Source: Raillietiella orientalis
Taxonomy: Eukaryota
Direction of reading: 5' to 3'
Length of the DNA: 64,000 nt
NCBI GenBank assembly: GCA_036172245.1
Contig: JAYWIR010000006.1
Span: 5,456,001-5,520,000, forward strand
The notes under the pieces were generated by a model that saw only the letters and a list, made by a program, of their open reading frames with translations, had not been told where the DNA came from and searched no databases. This document shows positions 52,257 through 64,000 of this stretch, piece by piece; the stretch's first letter is position 1, and each line of letters opens with the position of its first letter. The position numbers were made by a program, and so were the translations under genes.

Positions 52257-55200
52257 CGCATTCTATTTACGGTGTCTCTGCATCTTACCCATAAGAACTC
52301 AGAAGGGAATGCAAAAGTTCTTATGGTTTCTGTTTGCAAGATTTCCATTCCGTTAAACTTATGTTCCGTCATGTTTGGTGTCTGTTGTTTCCAACACTGG
52401 GGAACATCACCGACATTGGGTTCCTTGATTAAGTCTTCTTATGCCAACGAGAATAGTCGTAGCAGTTTTCAGACAGCTGTTCGTCTCCGTATCGTCGAAG
52501 GGACCATCTTGAATGACCAAAGAAAAGCAGTACGCTATTAAACGTTTGTTGTGAACTATCGATGTGTACTCTGATGATGATTTACTTTGCGAAAGTCCAG
52601 TTTTGCACCATATAGATGATCAGGGCATGTTGTTGTACATGTATCACTATGGACAATTATTGTGCTCATCTTACCTCAGAGCAAAACAAGCGTTCTTGGG
52701 GTGGACAGACAGAGACATACATGAATACATGAAGGATTCATCCATTTGTCAAATTTTAGTCTTTCGCTAAAAACTTCTTAAAAGAAACTATTTTATGCAC
52801 AAAATTAGGACAACTTTCAAGGAGAGCTGAATTCTTTGTATTGAACTAGGACATAACCCACATTGCTTCCATGTTTTGTTTACAGCGATCAAAGAGTGCA
52901 AAATTGTATACATTATTTTAGCCACTGAAAATAATATATATCCACTGAAGCTTTAGCGATTCACATAGAAGCTTTACTCATGCGTAGTTAGTCGGCTGCA
53001 CAGCATTCTTAGCATTTGAATGCTACACGCAACGCGCACACCAATATTTGATTGAACCGAGCTTTTCACGAAAAAAACGTACTCTCCGAAAGATGATGAC
53101 CTGCTTATTTCGGAAAAATCATTGACAATGTACTCGAATTAGTATAGAGGCAATCGCAATCTCGAAAAGCATCCATAGGAACAGAAAAGCTGGTTTTTTG
53201 TTTGTTCACCGACATACAAAGTGCCAGAGGAGTCACATTTCTCACAATTCATACCTGCTGCAAGATAAGGGGAAGAATTGTTGAAAAAAACGGGCGACTT
53301 TCCAAATCCTCCTTCGATTTTCAATCCTCCATGACCTCTTACTTCCATGAAGCACATGTCCCCCTCCCCTGACACTAATATGAGTGAGTGTGCTCCAACG
53401 ACTGGAGACTTTTCAGTATAAATCGCCTTGCTGCCGGAAGTGTCTATTTCTTTAGGATCAGAATTCGGTACGCTCAATTCGATTTCCATCAAAAATACAG
53501 ACAAATGGGTTACACCTTCGGGGAATAGAGCCGCGCGAGGGTGATAGGAACCATAACCGTTGCCACCGAAATAGTCCAGATTCACACATGAGAAGATGAA
53601 TGTGTAATTTTTAATGGTTGCATCGATATGAAAAGAAAACTTCTTATGAGGGACTCTTTCGTAATGCAATAGTTCCGTATACAAATGGTAGTTACGCAAG
53701 TAATAAAGAACAGGCTAAAATTATACAAACAAATGAGAAATACAACAGTTGCTAACATGAATGTTGACAGACATTTCAATTTACACATCAAAAAATCGAG
53801 GATTCGCGTAACATTACTAATATACGAAATGGTTTTCTCTTATTCGAGCCTATGTCAGATGGTTGCTATTTACGTTCTTCAAGATATCCCAGGGTGCTCA
53901 GAGACCAATCTGCATTCGAGCACTCTTTCAATGACCTGAAAGTAAAAGAAATTCTCCCTGCTGGACCTTTTTCTACAAGTGGGAATGTTCCTTGTGGCTT
54001 CGAATGGAAGGCAATGATCTTTGTTTGCATTGGAGCTATTCTTTGAACTCGTTTCCAAAATATCGTGCCAGATTTACCCTCGCATTCATATTATGGTATT
54101 TGATTTGAAATTGAACCCATTCTCATTGAACCCAGTCTCATGGTCAAAAAAATTCCTTTGTAGTCATTTTCTGTTTTTGACAGTTTGGGAGATGTGCTAG
54201 TTCATCGTTCTTTTTAATACGACCCTTGAATGGTGGCGGCAGCCATTTCTAGCAAGACTGTGAACCTTTTTGTCAGCAACGAATGGAAAGAAATCCCATT
54301 AGTGAGGAATTGTGAGAACTGACTTTTGGAAGCAAGCGAAAATGTGCCCGCACCAAATTACGGAACTGACATCCATTAAGCGAATCAAACTTGACTTGGT
54401 ATGGCAAACATACAAGAGAAACATGCAAACATCGAAACGAGGACCCGGATGACACCTCTGAATTAGAGCCACTGACAAAGAATGGGTGAAATGGGTGACA
54501 CAAAAAACACGAACATTTCTGATGCAGTCTTTCCCTCACGGGCAGTTCCTCCCTAATTCCAAAAGATTCTTGCCTCGTATAGCACAGAAAGGATCAGAGG
54601 AAGCACAAGACAATCAGAGAAAAACCGATATGAAATACCCAAAAATGCAGAAAGGCTGTACCACATAGATGCGAGGATGGATCATCTCCCTCGAATTTGT
54701 TTTAGTTTTTATGGGCTTCTCTCTCGTAACAGCGAACCTTTCGCATCCGAAAAGTCTCCATTCGGCTTGCGCCACTGAAGTGTTCTCTTTTCAGTTCGAC
54801 TACTACTTATTGCATATATATTTTCCATGAAGCTTTGATGCGAAGTGCGCGCAAATCAGAGGGGGGCATCAAGAAATGAACTGAATCTTTTTCACTGAAG
54901 CCTTACACAGACACACACACAAACACAGAAGCATGTGGGAAGCCATGTCACAGTGTCACAGTGCCAAGAGTGTACTGACTTGTGTTGTGTTACTTGTACT
55001 CTGCATCTTCAATGAAGGCTCTTGACAATTTTGTTCCCATGTGAATGGAAACTTTGCCAGCAGTTAACACTGCCATCTGAGAGAGAAAAATGCAAGAGTT
55101 CAAAAGAGGCAGCACAATAGGAAGGAAAAACCCCTTCAGCTCGTGTATTGGTGTAGTGAAATGTGCGAGATCACAAATTTGAATCAGTGAGACACCAAAG

Positions 55201-55849
55201 TTTTGAAACTGCAGTTCTGATCCACTCAGAGAACAGGGAAGATTAACGCCTACGATTAATAAATTCTCTGAACTTGATCGGCCTTCCTTCCACTTCCAGG
55301 CGACTCCATGCTAACTCTTTTGCTAATGCCCCCAGTCAACAGCTTCTTCATCTTTTAGGAATTTCAGGACAGTTTACCACTGAAGATGACACTAGAGAAG
55401 TAAATCACTTTGTTCGAGCATCGAGAACTCAACTTTTTCATTGATGGAGGGAATTTAGTGTTCACATCCGAACCACAAGCATTTGACTGTAGCTGCAGTA
55501 TTTGCTTGGGTTAATGCCTTCTACAAATTTTGTACTAGCAATTCAGTAAATTCTTGACAAGGAAGAATAATGTCTTGATAATAATATCAGTATCATGGCA
55601 TCTCCAAAGCTACGCCAATTTCACAATCTTATTCTGCGGCCCGATTCACCGAGATTGTGGCTCCCCGCGTGCTGGAAGGGTGGCTTTCCATTGCTGCATC
55701 GCATTTTGGCATTGTTCTTTCCGTCTACCACATCGTGACACCCCTCAATCGGTCCATAACGAGCCTCCCTTCTGAAACCTGGAGAAAATCACTTTCTCGT
55801 AACAAGGGGCTTCCCAATTCACGCTCATGACAAACTTGCACAAGTATCG

Positions 55850-56070
55850 GTGACGCATGCGTCCAGTAACCACATGGCCACAATCATGTACTTGGATGAA
55901 AATGTAATGACCGGTGTAACATTATTTTTCACTGTAATTTGCCCGACTTATTCTCAGCGTACTTTTTCGGCATATGTTTTATCTCGTGGCAGTGATTTCA
56001 ACCGGCAGAGCAATCTTCAAAGTTTTCTCGAACACGTTGTGGTTGACCTGCTGGCGAAGAATTGTTGAAG
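55850..56070 (+). pseudogene. BTB C-terminal-like remnant
   Basis: MATIMYLD...VTLF...Y...LQSFLEHVVVDLLAKNC resembles 'L.Y.Y.D...C..FL...L...NC'. Confidence 0.3.
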
Positions 56071-58512
56071 AATGCACACACTTCCCCTCCTCCGCCAAAA
56101 CAGAAGGTCTCGAGGACTCGAGTTGCTCCTTTTGGTGTCACAAAACACCACAGGTGTTCACGATTATTTAATGATGCGGATTTCTCAGACTTCCATCCAT
56201 CTAAACTTTGGAATGGATTGCTTGCAGTTGTACCCAAACGTTGTAATCTAGAAATCTAACCTTGCCATCAGAGCTACCATGCATCACTTTCCGCGCCTAG
56301 GATATGCCTTCCGCAACTTCGACCTGACCGACTCATTAAATGAACGAAATGAAAGCGCGTTCTGTCAATTTTTTGAACAAAGACGTTTCTTGCCAATTCG
56401 TTGGTACTTTACTCTGTACTTACTTACTACTGTACTTACTATTCGTTGGTAAGTACGAAATTCCAAATAGCATGGAAGACGTAGAATCCAGCAGGTCGAT
56501 AATCTCTGGTCCTAGAGAACTAAGGCTTAGAGCAGTCACTTGGATATAAAGGTACTGAAAGAGAACAACAGATGTTAATGAATGAATTGAATACTCCATT
56601 CACAGTGAAGCACTGTGAACCCAAAAAAAAAAGTTGATTATCACTCGAAGAGAAAGTAAATAAGAAGATCGATCGAGGGGATTCTTTCGTAGTGCAGCTT
56701 GAGCTAACTTGCAGAGTTTATTATTATTTTTTTTGAAAAAAAGAAAAAAAGCATGGGGGATAAGGATCGCCGCCGTCAAAGGCGAAAAGTGCAGAAATGC
56801 GAATGAAATTTCTGTTGTACGAATAAGCATATGGGAAATTTGCAAACGAATAAGCCACGTTCGGAATCTTTATCTTCGCAAAGGTGTTCTTTCTTCTTTG
56901 CGGAAGGCGAAGAAAAAGGACCTGCGAACTTGACACAAATCTACGCGCTTCCATCGTTATATGAAACGGTTAATCTCAGGATAGAGCACTGATCTCCGAA
57001 TATCAGTCTAGTTCCGCTCGGTCCGTTATACAAAGCCATTCTGACCTTATCCATCCTCTGTGTAAGCTGAGTTCTCTGTACCTTGAGTCTCAATTCCATT
57101 GATTCCTCCATGACGCTTTGCATTAGAAATTCATGCCTGCCAAATGCATCGGAGTATATCCCAACGAGAGACCTGCAAAGAGACCTGCGTTAGTGTTTAT
57201 GCTCTTCGAGTTGCACGAAAACATGCAACATCATGTTTTACAAGCTCATTTAAGCGTCATTTGTGATCATTCATGGCCACTCGTGCGAAAAGACGATTTT
57301 CCTGACAGGGATGCCTGCTTATCACTGAGCAGTGGGGATGAAGCATTGTTCTTACAGACGATTCCTCCCTTATGGAACGAGAAGAAGCGGAAATGAGCGC
57401 CACTGTGAATGTCTGCCCATTCTGTAGGGAATTAGCCTGGACCTGATTATTTATTACCACATTTCCAAATCCGAGCTGAGGGTCGATTATGAAAACATTC
57501 GCTTATCAACTTGAGAGAGAGATATGAGAAAGTTCCATCTCCTCAAACGCTTCAATACAATGGAATTCGGAAGTATCCATTGCTCCGAAACGTTTGTACA
57601 CTCGCACATTTCCTTAGAAGCGCAAAAATGCAGAGTTCTCCTCAGCTAGTGATCGGGTGTTTTTGTTTCGATGGCCGCTGTCCTCAGTATTAGATGGGAG
57701 CAAGAATCAAAGAGTAAAGGAACCAGCCACATCTCCAACAAGGCACAGCGGGCGCAAGAAAGAAGACAGCCAATAGTCCGTATGCCTAACCTCTTGTATT
57801 TATGTTTTTCCTCGTTCACTGCGAGGGGGCGATGCAAGACCAGAGAAGTGGGCCTCCGAATCCTCCGCACCCTTCGTAGTTGGCCGCAGATCTGCCTTCC
57901 TGGAAATGTTGGGGTACATACTGTAAAAGTGTTTTGGGGTAAATTCTCTAATTTCATCTTCCTTCCCTGCACCGCAGAGGACATTCCTCAAGACCGACCT
58001 GCGAATCGACAGTGCTCCTAAGAGTACTTTTCCGACCACATAGTAGGGCCCATTGTTCCATCTATTATGCCATTTTTTTCTTCCTTTTTTTTTGCATTTT
58101 TGTCGTACATTTTCGATTAGCAGTAAATGCTTCGCTAAATGATATTGCAGTTAAGAATTTCTGTCGCCATGACTCTGCCATACGAGTTGTTCAACCATCG
58201 GCGCTTTTTTAGCTACAGATCTTCCGCCTGGTTGCTAGCCTGAATCTTTCGGAGCGCATCTGAAATTTTTCCGTCTTCTTTGTAAAAAACTTCTCCGCAA
58301 GTATTCCTCTGGAAAAAGTCTGTGTCTCCTCATTTCGCATCTGCCGTTCCCCTTGGCCTTTCACTTTTCCTCCATGTTTCCTGACCATCTGACCAATCAT
58401 TCTTCGAGGAGAGCTTTTTTCATGTGAATTCTTGATATTCAGCCTACGTAACTCTATGAATTTTCGTGGCACTATAAAAAAATGTCATGCGGAAATCCAA
58501 ATAAATACGCTT

Positions 58513-58562
58513 TGTGTGTTGTGTGTTGTGTGCGTGTGTCCGTGTGTGTGTGCGTGTGTGTA
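58513..58562. repeat. Imperfect (TG)n microsatellite
   Basis: Directly visible in the sequence. Confidence 0.9.
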
Positions 58563-61500
58563 TGTCCACAATTGCTGACACTTGTTGCTGACAGGCATAG
58601 TTCATGCGACAGTTGCTAAGTTAATTGGTAGCAGGGACGAAAGGTGTTATGGAGTTCTTTTTTGTGCCTTGTCTCATCATGGGAAAACAAACATCACTTC
58701 ACTACATCATAGCTTATAAGAAGATGGAAACGTAGCTTTCCCATTCTCTCCGACTTGCGCCATTTTCGTATGCTTCACTTCCCAGATGCACCGGTAAATG
58801 CCCTCTTGCAGGGGTTCCTTTTTGGCACATGAAATATGGCAGTGCAGTGCTGTCAAATCCAAAATCACAAAAAAGATTGGCCACACGCTCTTTGTCATTG
58901 AGAACAGCATGTGGCATAGGAAAGTAAGCATCACTTTAAGGCATGGTGATGTTCATGAGCGCATGAAACCGCCAATCCAGGAGTTATGCGGAAAACCAAG
59001 GGAAGAAGCTTCAAGAATATCCGTGGAGATCAAATACTTGCGTCAGCAAGAAGCTAGTACGAAGCTAGCAAAATATCTTGAAGGTCCGGACAGGAATTCA
59101 GCCAGAGTGAATTTCCAGAGACACACTTCCAAAATTCGTCGATACGAAACGCTACTCACATCCACATTGCACACGTAAGAGTGAAAGACCCTTTTAAAAG
59201 ATGATCTGCGCAAATGTCTCGAACCGGATGGAGGAGCACCCTGATGCGACGAATAACCGACCTCAGCCTTTTAGTTTACTTTAGGAAATCTGTACAAAAG
59301 ACTTTTTTTAACTATGAGTGCACAGATTATGATGAGTGGGGAAAGTCACTCCTTGCAGGATTCCTTTTCCACCATTGGGATCATCCGTGGGCTATTTCCG
59401 TTATAGGGTTAGAGAGGTTCACCTTGAAATCTTGTCTGCCTCCTCTGTTACGCACCTATGATGGGAACAGGCGGAAACGAAATTGTAACCAAGGAGTTCA
59501 TTATGACCCTCGAAAAATCTGATGACGTTACTCAGATTCCGCTCACATGAAAAAAGATATCGTCAAATTCGGACACGCAAATGGAAAAACGAATTTCTAA
59601 GGAGCAAAAAGAAGAAACATTGCGCGTAGTTGAAAATTCGTGGAATTGCGCTTTTCCGGTGATGAGGGTAATCAGCATTTTCGAATCGATCTCCGTTCTA
59701 ACGAATTTAAAGAAAACGAGGATTCTTGAAAGTTATACAGACTCTTTTTGGAACAAGTGGATCACAGCTTCCATTGTATGATACAGCGTTTCTGGAAGGT
59801 CACCCCCATCGAATCCTTCGTCTCCAAAAGCTTTCAGTAAATCAGCCAATTCCTCGTTTGTATCAGCCACTGCAACTGAAGAAGAGGGGGGAAAAAAAAA
59901 GCTAGGATGCATTTTCTCCCTATTTCTTGCTTGCTTTTTTCTTTCATGGATATTTTCACTAAACCGGTTGAAAACAATCGACGGAATAATTCGTTTCGCG
60001 CAATACTTATTCGGATTAGGGAAGTACGTGGACCATGCGTAGGCATAAGAAGAACGCAGGAGAGATCAGACACGGAGCACCGGTGAAATCGTCGCGCACA
60101 TACGCTGCTTGCTTGGTACTTTGTTTTCACTGTGAACTTGTACTATGTTTTACGCTTTCTTCTTGCTCTCTTTTCTTTTTCTTTTTTTTTCCGACTCATG
60201 GCCCGGTTTGTGGATCTGAGTTCGGTCGTCTCCAAGGTCCACTCTCACCTTTTAGCTTCTGACTGCTCTAACCAACGGTTCTTCTTGATTATTTCATCAA
60301 AGAGTATTATCACCTATGGGTCCAAGAACCTCCATGTGTCGGAGAGAGTAGACACCGAGAAACCGACTTAGAATTCGAAATTGTAAGACGTCGATCACAA
60401 AGTAAGTCATTATTTCTAAATCTGCAATCTTATACTTTTCATGATTTCGTGATTACTGTCCCAAATTTCCGGATCCTGCCGATAGTTCCCAGGGGAACAG
60501 TGAACAAGCAGCACGGTGACATCGGTATTTCTCAATTCTGGCTTTCCTACGGAAACGCATCGACGCTGATAGGGGGACGGGGTTACCCCCCCCCCCTCCC
60601 CTAAAAAAAAGGAAAAGACCTATTTTCGACGGATTCATGCTCCTATTTTACATTTGATGCAAATGCGAATGAAGGTAAGCAAGCCGTTGCGTTGATAATG
60701 TACTCTTGAGATTCCATAAACGAATCATCAGTGGAGTGTCATATCAATCGTTAGTTCCAACGTTACGAGTGCTCACTCGTCTGCAGACTCCAGAGATTTT
60801 GATTCTAACGTTGAAGAACAGATGCTATCAACTTGGGAAACTCTTTCAAGCGCTAAGAAAAGAGCATCGCGCTTTTAGTGAGCTTTTCAATCTACTCCCA
60901 TCTAGCCTAACCTTGAAAAACTAGCTGAATGCACAGAAACTGCGGGTGCAGGCACACGATTCTAAACATATGAATTGATTAATCATCACTGATCTGTAAC
61001 CGGTGATGATGTGGGTAAAGTGCATATAGTTGTCTAAACTGAGACGATGCTCGAATGGAGGAAACTCTTGCGGAATTGTTCCTAAAAAGATGTGTAAATA
61101 TGAGAAGCAGTCTAATGGAACTTTCCTGTTCCATTAGACTGCTTCTCATGTTTACAGAGAAACCACCATCTGAAAGTGTACGCAAGTTCCGATATACCAG
61201 GTAAATTTTTAAATCAATCATCGCGTCATTCGGGTTCCGTGCGCCCGTGATATTCACTGTTATCATTTGAGAATGCAAAAAAAATGGAAGGCATGCTTCA
61301 TAACAGATACTTGTCATGAGTTTGAGCTACAACTTACTTTGAGGTGCCTCGTTCATATCAACGTCACCGGACAATATTAAGAAAAAGGGGAAGAATTGCT
61401 AATCGTGCACCTTGTTCAAAGATTGTGCAATCCTAAGAGCCGAACCAAGAACAAACTCGATTCCTATAGCCATAGATCCTGTCACATCCATTATTATGCC

Positions 61501-62893
61501 AAATGTTTTATATCCACTCCCTTGGTTTGCGAACGCTTTGTCATATTCTCGGGCTAACGCTTCGCTTTCAAAAGGCAATGGGCATCGTGCTGACGACAAC
61601 TTTGCCTTTGCCGAGAGCATCAGCAGTAATACAATCAAATTCTCCTAGAAAACAACACAAAGAGTTAGAAGAACACATCAACAACACACACATTGCTGCA
61701 TTTCTTTGCATGCAATAAAGGTTTTTCCCATTTGTGTGCGCATGCCGGCAGTGAGAAAAAAGAAAAAAGGCAGCAGCAGCAGCAACACCGGTTCCTTAAA
61801 AGACTTGCGCAAGATCACTTGCAAAAAAACAAAATGGCGCGGCTGAACCGTGCAGAAGCGAAACTGGAAAAGGCAACAACAATAGAAGGCAATCAATATC
61901 ATACATATCATACATAACAATGGAAGGAAATGCGTCACTGCCAGGCTCTCTCTCTCTCTCTCTGGATTTCCCACGGGTTGCTCTTAGCGTGAAACGAAAA
62001 CGATTTTGGAAAATTAAAAATCCCGAGGGAGCCATCACTGTGTGTGGTGACCCCGGTAAGATCCGAACTTGCTTCCGATCTCACTTCCCCCTCCCTATCT
62101 GGGAGTTCTTGAGATTCTGCATATCTGCATCTTCGGATCCCCCCGCCCATCCCAGGAATGGAACCTTAAAAAAAAAAAAATAACATGCGCTCATTCATGC
62201 GAATTCCATATGCAACCGAAGCATATGAGAGTGAGTATCCAATTACAAAAATATGGAAATTTAAAAAAAAGGAATTTTTTGTTTTGTTTCTTGTTCAAAT
62301 TTCTTGTTTCCCTTCGTTTCCGACATTCAAATGGGAACGAACCTCAGGAAATGAAAAATTGCATTTCGCATATCCAATTTCCAATCCGTCAAGTCAAGAT
62401 CACTGCTGTCTCTCCCCCCCCCCCCTCCTCCTTCCTTTTTTCAAGTTTCCTGGAAGTATATTGCAGGGATACCCAGGCATCTGTGATAAATGTCTCTGAA
62501 GAGTGTGCCGAATAATCTTGGCCTATATAACGCCCAAGGGGTGAAATATCCCACTGATAAGATTCGCTTCCTTGATGACAGAAAAATTACGGTTGAAACT
62601 GTTGCAAACACACGACTTCGAAGTAGGAGTATGCATGATGTGCTTTATTATAAGCTCCTTCGTTTGTTAGGTTATGGTTAATGTACTTTCTGCTTCCAGT
62701 TATGTGTTCACAGGCAGAATAAACGTTACATATATCCTCAGATAGGCACTTTTGAAATAGGGATTTCTATCCGCAGATAATTTGATTATCATTTCGCGCA
62801 ATTTATGCAATTCTCTTATTTCTGTGGCCATTTTCTGCAGTCCTTCCGTTAATGCCGCTTGAGATATTAGTAGTGCTTGCTTAAATGTTATAA

Positions 62894-63265
62894 ATGGTCA
62901 TAATGAAACGAGTGGATGTTTCACTATTATGGTATTTTGGTGTACGTGGTATACGTTTTTATTCTCGAGCTTATATTCGAAGAACGGAGAATTTATATGG
63001 TGGTTACGTGGAGAAGTATTTCCGATGTCCGTGGTTAGACAGTGGTTCTGGTGTAGGTCTTGACCATGAGTTGAATTGTGAGATGTTTATGAATCGTTTG
63101 CATGTGATGAAGCATATGTCTGGTGTGGATAGCATCAAATCGGGTTGTCAAGGTGGTGTGTGTCCAAAAAACGGCTCGATGACTCAAGGATATCCAATAT
63201 TCAGACTGACGAGAAAGTACTATGTGCAATTTAAGCACTTGAGAGACCCTTCCTTGTATAATTGA
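62894..63265 (+). pseudogene. cap: Endogenous CRESS-DNA virus capsid C-terminal fragment (circovirus/cyclovirus-like)
   Basis: YFRCPWLDSGSGVGLDH...YPIFRLTRKYYVQFKHLRDPSLYN* parallels the circovirus capsid ending (PCV2-type WL...VDH...YNIRVTMYVQFREFNLKDPPL); intronless AT-rich island. Confidence 0.7.
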
Positions 63266-63374
63266 ATATAAAAAAACTTTGTCAACAATGTTTTATTGAT
63301 CAATACTTTGTGAAGGGGGTGATAATGTGGAGCATGAGGGGTCAGGCGAGTCGCGGGCTTGAAGGGCAAGCCCA

Positions 63375-63550
63375 CTATTGTCCAAGTATAGAAGCATCAA
63401 ATCTGGAGATGTCACGTACATTCCATCGATCATTGGACATTTTATCATAGTTGGAGAATATGATGTGGGGTGGTTCAAAGTACTTGATACTGCCTTGATA
63501 TTTGGAGGCGAAGATGATACCACTTTTTAGTACTAATTGCTTTTTCAATT
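63375..63550 (-). pseudogene. rep: Endogenous CRESS-DNA virus Rep, SF3 helicase C-terminal fragment
   Basis: LKSGIIFASKYQGSIKYFEPPHIIFSNYDKMSNDRWNVRDI matches the K.G.I.S.KY...K.F.PPH...F.N...S.DRW signature (motif B', motif C, Arg finger) of nanovirus/alphasatellite-type Reps; 5'-truncated. Confidence 0.8.
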
Positions 63551-63589
63551 GCGACTGATTTTCTGTGTTTGTTCTCTCGTTCAAGCGCC

Positions 63590-63780
63590 AAAAAGGCCAG
63601 TAGCGACCCCACGAGGAGATCGTTACTATTGGCCTAGGACGATGGTAATCCTTGGGTTCTTCTTTTTCTTCTGTCTTCGCTGTTTTCCTTCCAGCTTTTT
63701 TTTTTAAGAGTTTTCTTTTTTTTGGTTCGCTAAGTACCTCAGAGCCGGTCGCGTGCCTCGCGGCGCGCGTGGCTCTTTTT
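63590..63780 (+). mobile_element. Possible LINE 3' end abutting the viral fragment
   Basis: T-rich tract followed by the hairpin agagcc-ggtcgcgtgcc...-ggctct, the same order as the LINE 3' ends at 5-19 kb. Confidence 0.3.
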
Positions 63781-64000
63781 AAACATTAACACACTGTTTT
63801 GTTTCCACGCCTGTCCGCGGCAACCCGCAGGGGGGGGCGTGTAATTCTTCAGTGTAATATTCTTCAGGATAGGGGGCACCCCGGGATGGGGTCCGCCCTA
63901 TTGAATCCAGGAAGGGCTCGGAGTCCGTTCCTCTCACGCTTGGGGAGGGGATCCCCCCCGGAAGGGGGGGATCTCACCTCCCACCCTGGTTGTCTCCGAA

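Larger units (their letters stand above)
49865..61640 (-). pseudogene. Multi-exon hemicentin-N-terminal/VWA7-like VWA (MIDAS) + Ig-like domain gene, probably degenerate
   Basis: TFGIIMDVTGSM (DxTGS at 61474-61488) followed by an in-frame TAG; KALTQANT and LLTGG remnants at ~55.3-55.5k; exon 53.2-53.7k FSFHIDATIKNYTF...PEG...GAHSLILVSG...MEVRGHGGLKIEGGFGKSP matches the post-VWA domain of hemicentin/VWA7; PFFLEANSSG...FETR at 51.2-51.3k; GIKKLEV...GIGAVLIDYGFAK at 50.8-50.9k. Confidence 0.65.

Noticed and set aside
56941..57460. Protein-like minus-strand ORFs within the VWA gene span
   Set aside because: They could be further exons, but I see no motif or splice frame I can support.
63854..63862. 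GAATATTAC (minus strand), matching the CRESS nonanucleotide NANTATTAC
   Set aside because: No flanking stem; it lies in a short tandem duplication (gtgtaat..tcttca x2) outside the viral island.
1..64000. CRISPR arrays, rRNA/tRNA genes, prokaryotic operons
   Set aside because: No regularly spaced repeats, no RNA-gene signatures, and the architecture is spliced and eukaryotic.

Overview
This is intron-rich eukaryotic DNA (GT-AG introns, AATAAA signals, microsatellites; probably a small invertebrate or protist, not identifiable from sequence alone), and most ORFs in the track are GC-driven artefacts. (1) A cluster of multi-exon, partly decayed genes for large cysteine-rich type-I membrane proteins, roughly one 'C..GCPC....DC...C....C' module per phase-1 exon. 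One copy is on + (1-~2.6 kb) and inverted paralogs are on - (~20.8-31.1 kb and ~36-49 kb). (2) Between them sits a near-perfect 4,012-bp inverted duplication (4924-8935 / 15720-19731). It carries a small spliced secreted-protein gene (signal peptide, Asp/Tyr acidic tract, Cys motif) and brackets a head-to-tail stack of decayed L1/Tx1-like LINEs whose 3' ends share a covarying stem-loop. (3) Intronless BTB/BACK-like remnants lie antisense between the Cys-rich exons. (4) A hemicentin-N/VWA7-like VWA + Ig-like gene or pseudogene lies on - (~50-61.6 kb). (5) At the right end is an endogenous CRESS-DNA virus fragment with a circovirus-like capsid C-terminus (+) converging on a nanovirus/alphasatellite-type Rep C-terminus (-). 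All family calls are by-eye motif recognition; no searches were run.
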